Assembly (NCBI GenBank): GCA_951406725.2
Contig: OX597823.1
Span: 104,656,001-104,720,000 of the forward strand
Origin: Octopus vulgaris
Taxonomy: Eukaryota
Length of the DNA stretch: 64,000 bases
Reading direction: 5' to 3'
In this document: positions 25,006 through 36,375 of the stretch, in pieces
Layout of the letters: each line of letters starts with the position of its first letter
Numbering within the stretch: position 1 is the stretch's first letter
Program-made: the position numbers and the translations under genes
Notes under the pieces: generated by a model
Database searches by the model: none
Told to the model about the DNA's origin: nothing
Seen by the model: only the letters and a program-made list of their open reading frames with translations

Positions 25006-26094
25006 TTGAATACTCAAAAATTACAGTAGGTACAGAAAACTGAAGGAAACACTTGCATAAAACGGTTCTGCCTTCAACAGAGATGTCACAAGCCAGGAGA
25101 GTACATCTTGTGGATTTATCTTAACTTGCTAGTCATATAGTAAGATCAGTGGGAGGCTGACCTTACAGGCTTCATCAAACATATTTGATTAAATTAAATG
25201 CCAAAACGAAATTAAAAGTGGAGGAAAAGGAAGATTGTACATCACTTTATACATCTCTATTTCTTTCATTTTTGGAAAACAAGCAGATTAAAGAAACTTC
25301 ATAGAATTACTTTAGAGAAAGAAATTTATTTATTATAACAATGTTTTCATCTTTTTCTTTTGAAAACTTATTCATTATCTTAAATGTCTAATAAGAAAAA
25401 TTTTCAACAGTTCAAATGTTTCTGACTGGCAGACTAACCAAAGTCCAATTCCAAAAATAAATCTGTTAATGTTAGCTGGAAGATCCAAATAACATAAAGC
25501 AATTAAATACAAACATAACAAACAAGAACTATTTTGTAAAACCAATTACAATTAGAAAATTCTTGTGAAAAAACAAAACAAAAACAGATTCACTTTAATT
25601 TTAGTATACTCTGAGAATGATTTTCAAAGAAAAATATGGGTGAGAAGAAGGAATTTCAGAGGATGGCAGTTATGGAGAAAAATGAATTGTATGGGGAACA
25701 AAAAACAGTAGGGACAGTGAGAGGAGAGGCAAATGTGAGAGATGTGTTACATAGCTTTTTCATTCAGTGAAACATGATCCAGAAACAAAACAACATACCT
25801 ATGGGCTAGTGATTGTCGAAAAGTAAATGTAAATGGCCTTTAGGGTGTGGCCTATGAGACATACATGTATAAGTAGCAGCACCATCCTAGACATGTGAGA
25901 TGTCAAGTAGAGTTAGCAACTCACCAGAAGTTAAATATTTCTGCCTCTAGTCATAGAAAATCTACCTCAGTAAACTCTGCCCAGCCCATGCAAGCATGGA
26001 AAAGTAAATGTTAAACAATGATGATCAAGTATGGTAAGGTATATTGGGAGTGGAGTATCCAACATTTCAGACAGTCCTTTTTAAACTATCCAAA

Positions 26095-26302
26095 TGATGT
26101 ATGCAGCACAAAGTTTTGTCAGTGAACAGGTCGCAGTCTCAAAGCGATGAAAATATTCTGACAAATTAAATTTAAATGTTGAAGTGAATCTAACGGTTTT
26201 TGTGTATTTCTTAAGTGGCTTATAAACACCTTCCACGCTGCAATTGTTTTCGTTCCAGCACACGATCTCAGATCAAGTCACTCGCTATGCAAGTACATCT
26301 CC
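26095..26302 (+). mobile_element. Short non-autonomous repeat (probable Penelope-like pseudo-LTR) carrying a variant hammerhead
   Basis: Shares about 150 bp with the rearranged copy at 58699-58879 and contains the hammerhead fold at 26115-26165. Confidence 0.65.
26115..26165 (+). ncRNA. Minimal hammerhead ribozyme variant with G3-C8 core
   Basis: Stem I TTTGTCA/TGACAAA (7 bp); core GTGAACA plus one extra G; stem II GTCGC/GCGAT; GAAA; palindromic A-ATAT-T stem III; UUC cleavage triplet (C at 26158). Confidence 0.65.
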
Positions 26303-29300
26303 AAACTAAACCTGTGCCAATATCTTGCAATATTTGAAGAAATTATCAATTCATCTAAACTTGGATATTTTGACCAAATTGCTATATCACACACACATAT
26401 GTATGTACGTATACATGTTTATGTGTACATATACACACAAACGCACACATAAATGATCAAAATTGCTAAATCAGGCAGTAAAGTGAAAGAGAAAAAAAAA
26501 AAAGATCACTGTCCAATTTTCTACTGAGATATTTAATACTGTCTTTGAGTATATCACCAGAGTTGATTCCAAGGATGTAAGAGAGAGGTGGGGAGCTGTT
26601 AAAAAATTGATTGCAATACCTGATAAGTGTTAATGTTTTGTAAGGTGTTTTTCTTTGTACTACATTGTCATCCTAATTTGAATTTACAATTGTTTTACCG
26701 CTTTGTTAAAGTTGCAGACAGGTGTTAGATAATAATGGTTTGATATCGCTACCTTCTTTTATTCCCTTCTCAACGATTTTCACTCACCCCTTTAAAAGGT
26801 GGGGTAGCAATGTACCTTCTCTACAGCAAGACAGCTCTGCTTGTACCTGTATTAAACTTTAGCCTTTCAACACTTGCTATGAAGCTGCCTTCACCTCTCA
26901 AATACTTTATGCTCTCCATCACTTAGAAGCAAGAGCTTTTTCCTCTGGCCCATTCTTTTTTCTTTTCTGTGTAGCCAAGTTACTCAACAACCACACTAGT
27001 GCCAGTAGCATGAAAAAAAGCACTCAGTAGACAATGTAATGTGGTCTGCATTAGAAAGGGGATCCAGCTATAGAAACTATGCCAAAGCCAACACAGGAAG
27101 TTGGCACGGCCGTGTAGCTTACTTGATCTTGTCAAACCATCCAACCCATGCCAATATGGAAAACAGACATTAAATGATGATAATCTAGCTAACCGGTTCT
27201 GACACCTTTCTGCTTACTCAGTATTAGGTATCTTGCCAGCAAGTATCACATACTACTACCCATTCCTAAATCACAACAGTCTTCCCTGGACAGACCATTC
27301 TGTCCATGTATTCAAAATAGTATGGGCCATTTCTGATACATAGACTTTTTGCGAGTTTTATTTGCCTTCCATAATACCTCCAGTGTATATATATGTCTCT
27401 TCAGAACATACAATACAATGTGGAAGACAGAGAGCTTTTGGCCAGAGTGTCCTCACTTCTTCAAAGTCTGTCATGTTTCCCTTATTGCAAACATCCTGTA
27501 ATGGTTGCAGCATTTCTCAAGTTAATTCTAACAAATTAATCATGTCTTGACACTGTCCTAATCCTATCTTTGTTCACAATTAGAATGGCGAGATGATCTG
27601 ATGATAATGAGATATCACATTGAAAGAAAATGCACTATGAGAGACAATCACAAAATGTCTTGTGATTCTAACTTTTCTTGAAATACTTTGTTTTATTGGT
27701 TCATACATTGTCGCCATGGAAATTTTTGATACACACCATGAATGAAACATATGTAGTTGTCTGCCCTTAGGTAGATCCTATGCATGTGAACCTTCCCCAG
27801 CACTCTATACAACTTGGGAGGACCAGTACTCCTACCTGCCATTGCTATGTAGACTACTAGAACTTTGTCTACCATGACTAGACTTGGGATCAACACTAGA
27901 GTGGTTTCCTGTTACCTTCTCCAGGCAGGTGAGATTCAAACTCAGAACTTAGAGAGCTGGTAGCTATACATTAAAGCATTTCTGCTGACATGCCAACAAT
28001 TCTGCCTCTCTCTCTGACCAGCAGAATAATGATGCTCAACAAAACACACTGCCTGGTCCAAGAATTGAACCTAAGATTTAGCAACCATGAGTGCAGCACC
28101 ATAACCACTCAGTCACACACTTTCACAATACACACATATTTATATACAGTGGGACTGAACATGGTTTGAGGTTCAATCCCACTGTGTGGCACATTGGGCA
28201 AATGTCTTCTACTATAACTAGAAATGGATTTAATAGATGGAAATTGAAAGAAGCCTGTTGTAAATAACCATATGTAGCTTTGTGTTTGTCCCCCACCACT
28301 ACTTGACAACCAGTGTTGGTTTGATTATATCCCCATAACTTAGCACATAAGCAAATGAGATTGATACAATAAGCATCAGGTTTAAAAAATAAGCATTGGA
28401 GTTGATATTGTTCAATTAACCCACTGAAGGTGGAGCCCCAGAAATGGCAGCAGTCCAACAATTGAAACAAGTAAAAAACAAAAAACGACATCCATTACAC
28501 TCTTGGAGTGGTTGGCATTAGGAAGGGCATCTAGCCATAGAAACCATGCCAGCATGGAAAGCAGATGCTAAATGATGATTGCTCTACCTTAATGCTTGTT
28601 GTCCTCTTTAGTAATCGTGTGTATGTATGTATATATATATATATATATATGTACTTCTCGAGAAGTGGACTACATGATGTGATACATCATCAGGCAAACC
28701 ACACAACTAAAGAAAAAATTTCAAGGTACTTTTTCATTGGCACTCTATTCAAGAAGTCCCATGGGCCAGTTTAATCATGACCGATATAAACCTTGTTCCC
28801 CACCCACACAATAGGCATCATGCAGTTTCAAACCAAATTCTCTCACATGGTATTGATTAATCCAGTGATACAGTAGCAGACACTCAAAGCCAAACATATT
28901 AACCACACAGCCATGCCATTATATATATATATATTGTTAGTCAGTTTCCTAATCAACGGACTAACAATAGAGGAATGAAACTGAACCAGTGCACGTGTTT
29001 ATTATTATTGGTGTAATGACCTTCCCTATGCATAAGCACATATTTAGCCTAGTTCAAGCCTATATGTTTGAAGTTTTACAAACTGATTTCTTTTAGAAAT
29101 AAAATTATCAAAAAGTATTCAGTCCATATTTATTTCACTAAATTACCAGTTTATTACTAAAATTTCTTCAAAAACAGACATGAAGACGTTTATCAAAAAA
29201 ATTGTGACAAAAGAAAATTGAAAGAGAATAAACATATTCAAGATAAGTTAGTGACAAAAACACAGGAACATATATGAACTTTGGCAGCCAGTTTTAACAA

Positions 29301-29749
29301 GAATTTGAAATGGAAAATGAAATGATATAGTGCTTTAGCATTATAATTTACTATTAATGAAATAACCAGAAAGATAGGAAGTTGATACAGAATAGAATAG
29401 CATGGTAGGTAGTCTTAAAAGTTAAAAGAAAGGCCTAAAGACAGGCCTGGAAAGAATATAAATGGAGATCATGGAATAATGTCAGGTAGCTAATACTTAG
29501 GACAAAAGAGAAAATGGAAATTAAGAGGTTTAACAATGTTCAGTGATATTAGAATCAGAAACAAGAGGTGTTTTGGATTGCAGAACAATTTATCACCATG
29601 AATTAGGATATCACTGATGAAAAAAAATATATATATAATGACTGCAGTGTACTTGCCCTCCTAAGCCAAAAGAAACAAAACATGGAAATGCTGTCACTGA
29701 ATGAGAAAGAATAGGGAAGATAGACTGCCTGAAGACCAGCTAATTGGAT

Positions 29750-30800
29750 CAATAGTTACATAACCAATATAACTTTTAGGACATACAGTTAAGAAATAAG
29801 AAAAGCATCTGGACCATCATGGGCAGATGATGAGATGCTGAAAATACCAGACTACATTGGACACACTTGCATAGCAGTTTTATTGCTAAGTACCACAAGA
29901 CCAAAGAAAATTAACTAGAACAAAGCATATAAAGAGGCATCAAACTGACGGAACAACTTAAGTAACAGCAAGTGTTACAGCACAACTAGTTAAGAAAATG
30001 AACCTAGATGAGGCAGTTTGGGTTTGTGTCAGGATGAAGTACCACAGATGCACCTTTCCTAGTGAGACAAGACATTCTTAACAAACATGCAAGCCACTAT
30101 ACCTTTTTAACAAGGTACAACACTATAGTTTGATGGTTGTAATGCAAAGAGACACTGCCAGTAAGGTGAAAGTAACAGAAACTTCAGTGAGGAATTTAGC
30201 ATGAAGATAGTTATCCATCAAGGTTTTAGCTTCCAGCCTGTTCCTGTTTATTATATATCTCTAAGCTACAACAGAAGCTTAAGACCAGGTGTCCATGAGA
30301 TCTTCAATATCTTGATGACTTATTGAACCTTTTGAACAAAACCAATTATGGAAGCAAAACCAGAATCAAGCATTCTGAAATAAACCTAGCAAAGAGAAAA
30401 TATCTAGCTGCATGCAAAAAAGGTAGGTCTTCTCTCTAATTAGTTGTAGAAGAGAATGTTCCAAAAACATTGTAGCCAGAGCAAGAATCTAGTAGAAAAA
30501 GATTAGGAGATTATTACTTCAGCTTGCAACAATGGAATTTACTCTCTGAAGTAAAAGGCTGTGTAATGCATGTGTACAAAGTATAATGTTGTATGGTAGT
30601 GAAACAGGATTAATGAATGCAGAGAAATGAAGCAAGCATGATCTGCTAGAAGTGAATATTAGTGTGATACTCTCTTGTAGTATGAAAAAGATGGTTCTGC
30701 AATTTCTTGCTGAACCACCTGTACAAGTGATTTGTATGTACCTGATATCAAAGAACTGAGGTGGGAAACAAGACAAAGGACTGTAGTGGATGAGACATTG
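29750..30800 (+). pseudogene. Highly decayed RTE LINE RT region
   Basis: Interrupted motifs such as aaagcatctggaccatca (KA.GPS), cagtttgggtttgtgtcagg (QFGF..G), catcaaggt...agcctgttcctgtttatt (HQGS.LSP.LF) and atgttgtatggtagtgaaaca (MLYGSET). Confidence 0.6.
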
Positions 30801-33800
30801 AGACCTAGCAAACCTGTGCCAATGGGGATTATAAAAATAATGGTAATGATGTTATGTGTGTGAGAGTAATAAAGAACAAGCTGCTATAGGCTGCATTGCA
30901 GACTTCCCATTGAGTTAGGCAGTGACACTAAAATGAGAATTGATACAGAGTAGAGAGGAATCCAAAGTTTTTTTTGCTATAGGTAACATCACAAATGCTG
31001 GTGACAATATAATATATTGCAAGACATGCACAACAAAAATTGACAGGTTTTCTTTGTTGATGAATGTGTTATAGGACATAGCAACAAATAACTGGAAATA
31101 AATGATGATGACCAATTGAAATAAAAAACAATTTATAATTGTTATCAATAACTTTTGGCATGTAATATTAGTATAACAGCTAAGTTCAGTAAATCTTTTA
31201 ACATCTAAGTTCAGTAATTTTTTTTTCAAGTACATATTTTGAAAAATGACACTTCAAGTTACAAGAAACAAAGTTGAAAGTTTTTTTTCCGAATCTTGAA
31301 AATATTGAGAGAAAACTGTTTCACTTTTAACCTAATTGACAAATATTAGTCAACAAAAGTGACTACAAGACTGAAGACAACAGAGAAAGTAAACAAAAGA
31401 AATTTACAACATACTGAAAATATCTGAGTTTTCAGGATCAAAATTATGACCTACACAAAATCTAGATGGAGATAAGATAGAGATAACTTTTTTTAAATGT
31501 ACTTTACCCTATTAATTTGTGTAAGATTATATTTTCATCTTATAAATACATCAGCATATCCCACAAGAATGATCCTGGATATGACAATCATAGATACATT
31601 GCTAGACATTTTAAGTAACCAACATATGGAAGTTTCCTTTGTTTGGAGTTATCATTGGTGGTTGTAATTTAAACAGTACACATCACTAAAATTAGGAAGA
31701 TGAAAATATTCTTTAAGTGTATTTAAAAATTTGTCATAATTTTACATAAATTTTGAGGAAAGAGTATATTAAAAAAAAAAGATTAAATGGTCTTATTTCA
31801 TTTCAAATTTTGTATGAATCCTAGTATTGGTCCTAGAAATTCAGAGATATTTTCAACATAGTGTAAATCTCTCCGTTTGTTTACATCTATGCAATTTTCT
31901 TTGTTGCCTTTAATAAGGCATCAGAAGTACCAATAATGCCAGCATTATCTGCGCTAAAATTGAAGCAATTTTTCTTTCAATATTTTCAAAATCCTCTGTG
32001 TGTGTGTGTGTGTGTGAGAGAGTGAGAGAGAGAGAGACCCATCAAATTTTCTTTTCTAACTAGTAGAGAGATATGAAAGCTTGGGGCAATGTTGATTCCC
32101 ACAAAAACTGACTTGGGAGTCTAATACATTTCTGAAGTAAACTTCAACAACATGGTCATAACTGACAATATATTTAAACTATGTTCATTTTTCTCTTCTC
32201 TGAACCTATTCTTAAAATTTAGGAAAAAGGAACAATATGGGCCAATAGACAGAACCTCTGATTGCTACATTATAGCCTTAGTTATGTTAATGATTGTCAA
32301 CTTTCAGAAAAGAAGGTCCTATTCTAATCAACAAATCAATCAACGATAATCTTACTTTTCACTTGGAGCATTCTTATTCCAATAGAATCATAACAAGAAC
32401 CATTGTTTATAGTTTATCATCATTATGATAAGTAATGTTTGTTACTTAAATCTCCCTTGCCCTTCTTTCCTTCTTCATATGTTGTGCCTACAGACACTCA
32501 AAGGACCTCCATGCCAAATTCTGAAGATTCAGAAATTTTCGTGGGTAAGATACGGCAAAGGTTTCTTGTAACCCTCTGCTCGTTTATTTACAGTTTCTGC
32601 TAACAGACAGTAGCTTTCTCAAGATTAATGATGAGGCATAGGACCTATTAAACATTAAGGCAAGAGAACTGGTTTTCAATACATTAGAACATGTTTATGC
32701 ACTAAGCCTACATGACATGTCTAAGGAATCAACCGTCCTCCAAGCTCTGTATAGCAGAGCCACAGGACCATCTCCTGCTATTTGACCCATAACAGGTACA
32801 ACTGTGGGAAAGTAGATCTGGGAAGAGTTATGACTGAAGGGTAAGCCCATGCTTGCTAAAGCACTTGAATGCCTGAGATGGAGCTTCACCACTGGATGCA
32901 GTTTGTCTTGACCAAGACTACTTGCCAAAGTAGCTCCCTTAAAACACAAGAAATCCCTCCACACATACACAGTACTGTCAGACATGTTCACCAACAATAA
33001 GTAGCTACATAAAACCTAAATGTAGTACTGTACTGAGTGAATAAAAAGAATCTGCAGCAATTGTCGTGGAATAGTCTTTGTGGATGTGTCATTAACATAT
33101 TGTGAAAAAAGAGGAGTACAAATGAACTAGTTCTCAGTGAACATAGTTTGATATAGACAAAGTGGGGAACTTGGGAAGTTAGTAGTTGAGTCAACCCTCA
33201 CAAATGACCGAGATTTATAGAGGAATGCTTTTATTGCAGACCCATTCAATCCATATCAACAGGAAAATGTTAAAATATGATAAATGACTGTGTTCAGATT
33301 GTATGTAAGGAATGTAAAAGGATTCCCATCAGTTTCAACAAGGTGTATATGAGTTATTCAGTCAACAGAACCTGTTGGATTAACAAGAAGTGCTTAGTAT
33401 GCCACAGACATGTGTGCCAATGATGTCTCTGGCAGAACCAACTTGAGAAGGCTGGATATTTGAATAACAGGTACAATTCATTGTATGGGCTTCCACATGT
33501 GTTTGTGTCTATTCAATTTCACACTGAGGGTTGAGCTGACCAGCAGCTTTAGTAAAAGACACCATAAGGTGCCATGCAGTGAGATTGCACCCGCAACTCC
33601 ATGATAGTGAAACAAACTCATAAATCACTCCACCATGCCTGTGTGCATTGGGGAATGCAACACCCACACACATATGCTATTGTGGTTGGTACAAGAATGC
33701 AAATTCCTGGTAAATACTTAAGAATTCTTATTCAGAAGTAATAGTTGTTAAAATAAAAACAAATTCAAATATCTGACATGGTTCCACAGTATTACAGCAA

Positions 33801-34499
33801 GCAAAAGAAAGAATATTGGTGAATGGTTTATGAAAGGTCTTCACAGAATGTATCAAAAGACTAAAAGAATAATCATATTAACACTAAGCAATCCAGTAGA
33901 TATTCTCCAAGTTTTTGTGGATGTGTCATATTTATGATGAAAAGAAGATGAGTAGAAATGAACTAGGTGTCAGTGAATACTGACACCAAGTTCAATGATA
34001 GTATAATGACTATAAGATGTAAATAGTAAAGAAGCACTTCAAGAAATGATGCTATAAGTGCTTATGGAGAAGAAGGAAAAAGAAACCATGGGTCTTGAGG
34101 AAGATCATGCTAATGAGTCAAGTGGTAAGTCAGTAATGCAATGCTGTGAATAGGAAGGTTAGGAAGAAAGTGAGGGAAGCCAAAGAGGAATGGGTAGCAG
34201 CCCAGTCCCAAATCATCAAAGCTGGGATAAAGAATAAATGAGGCTGCGTATGAAACCCTCAAAATTTTAAAAACCTAAGAAACACACCACCACTACCATT
34301 GAGGACAAAACAGGCTGGTTCCTCATGGATGAGAACGATGTCATCAAAAGATGGTCCAAGTAATGCAAAGACCTTCACAATCACTAAGACATGATAGCAA
34401 CGTCCTAGACAATTCCAACAACAATAGAAAACTGAGTAATACTCCAATTTTCCAGGCTCATAGATAAGAAACCCCTAGGAGTGGTCAACATCTCATTAA

Positions 34500-35565
34500 C
34501 CCTTTCGTTACTATATTTCTGACCAAAATACACCCCTTATGTGTTTCAATTAATTTCTAACATAATCATAAATTTAGTCTGGTTTCATTAAACAACTATA
34601 ACTTTTTTATTTATCAATATATTAACGTGAATTTTGGAAGATAATTTTATGAAATGTTCTCAACCAATTCTATACTATAATTTTTGTCACAAAGTGACTC
34701 TAATTGCAGGTAGATACAGGTAAATTCAACAAAATATAAAATTATTAAAATTTTGTTCAAACATCGCTATAGAAAATGGGTTATTAGCTAATATTCAATT
34801 GGGTATACAACAAAATTTTACGATAAGAATTTGTTATTCTGGGTAACTTTCTGATACCCATAATAATATTTATGGCAAAATAGTCTTAATTTCATTTAAG
34901 GTTATGGGAAACCACTAACTATCCTTTCTTTCGTTTTGTTTACATTTAGCGTAACGGTTTGTTTCCGCCATAATGATTTCAAATAGGTTCATTCGAAAAA
35001 GTAAAAAGAAATAGTCTAAGGCTTTACTCTTCTGGGAAAGTCTGTGGCTTGGTCCAGTTTCTTCAGAAAAACCACCGAAAGAAACAGTTTTTAAATTTTC
35101 ACTCCATTCAGGTGCCAATTCATTTTCTTTATCGCTGTCGGAGCTCTCGGATTCACTGTTTTCACTTTCGGAAAATGAAACATCGGATTCATTATCAAAT
35201 ACCACGTGCTTTTTTTTTCAGTCATAGAGTTAGATTTATGAAGGTCTTCAGTAGAAAATCCTTTGAATTCTGACTCGCTGCTTGATATAATGAAATTCGT
35301 ATCCATTTTTTGTCAGAATTACAAATTTTGAAAACACAATAGGAACAAATTTTGGAAAAAAATCTCCCAAAATTCACGGAATTAAAATTACACTTCGATT
35401 TTTGTACAAAACTGTAGTTGAACTCTTTACGAAGTATAATACGTATTTTCACGAATGTACTAAAGAGATTTGCTTTGATATTCTCATTTAAATATGAATA
35501 GGTAAATTCGGGCGGCTTGGTCACATTAACCAAAATTTTTTTCAGGCAGTTTGGTAACGAAAGGG
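34500..35565 (-). mobile_element. Internally deleted piggyBac element retaining the transposase N-terminus
   Basis: TTAA on both sides (34496-34499, 35566-35569); TIRs CCCTTTCGTTAC...GTAACGAAAGGG. ORFs 35091-35306 and 34915-35205 encode an acidic/Ser-rich N-terminus and F..ETGP...LDYFFLLF...I.AETNRYA, typical of piggyBac transposases. Confidence 0.88.
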
Positions 35566-36156
35566 TTAAACCTCTTTAAAACAAATAAGCCAAAGCTTAT
35601 CAAGACACTAACAGTTACCTGTCAGAAGATATGGGAGATTAGCTTAAAAGCTAGTATATAGCTTTTAAGCAACTGACCCTGAATGGGAAGATCTGCAAAC
35701 TGATCTCTGACTTGTTTTGGAGAATTTGTTGCAATTGCTTCCTCCAGAGTCATATCCCAATGATGATAATATTCGTCTCAAAAAATCATGTAAAAAAAAT
35801 TGCTGAAAAGAATCACAGTAATGAAAACATAGGATTTCAAGATTGCAGGTCCAGATTCAACCCAGAGTGTTTTTAATTTACTCACGAAGTTAACCTTTGG
35901 ATTATAAAAATTGTTATCATGCAAAAAAATTTGTCTCAAAAAGTCATGTAAAACAATTTGCTGGAAACAATCACAGTAATGAAAACTTGGGGGGAATCCA
36001 AAATTTCAGGATTGTGGGTCTGGATTCAACCCAGCATGTTTTTAATTTACTCATGGAATCAACCCGATTCCAAAATTATATATTTTGGGCTATGGCCTCT
36101 TGGAGTAAAGTGGAAAAAGTGTGACACAGTGACATTCACATTTATTATATCATATT

Positions 36157-36375
36157 AAGGTGGCGAGCTGACAGAATCATTGGCATGCCAGGCAAAATGC
36201 TTAGCGGCATTTCATCTGCTGTTAGGCTTTGAGTTCAAATTCTGCTGAGGTTGACTATGCCTTTCATCCTTTCGGGGTCGATAAAATTAGTACCAGTTAT
36301 ATACTGGGGTCGATTTAACCTACTTAATCCCTTCCCCAAAAAATCTGAGGCCTTTTGCTTCCAGTAGAAAGGATT
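36157..36375 (+). mobile_element. tRNA-derived SINE with Nin-like central domain
   Basis: aaggtggcgagctgacagaa head and gcctttcatcctttcggggtcgataaattagtaccag core; same family as 62631-62870 and 63246-63460. Confidence 0.75.

Noticed and set aside
32494-32544. Plus-strand 51-nt segment with good acceptor and donor (also 2086-2177)
   Set aside because: No recognisable protein, no partner exons or promoter established; such splice-like pairs occur by chance in 64 kb.
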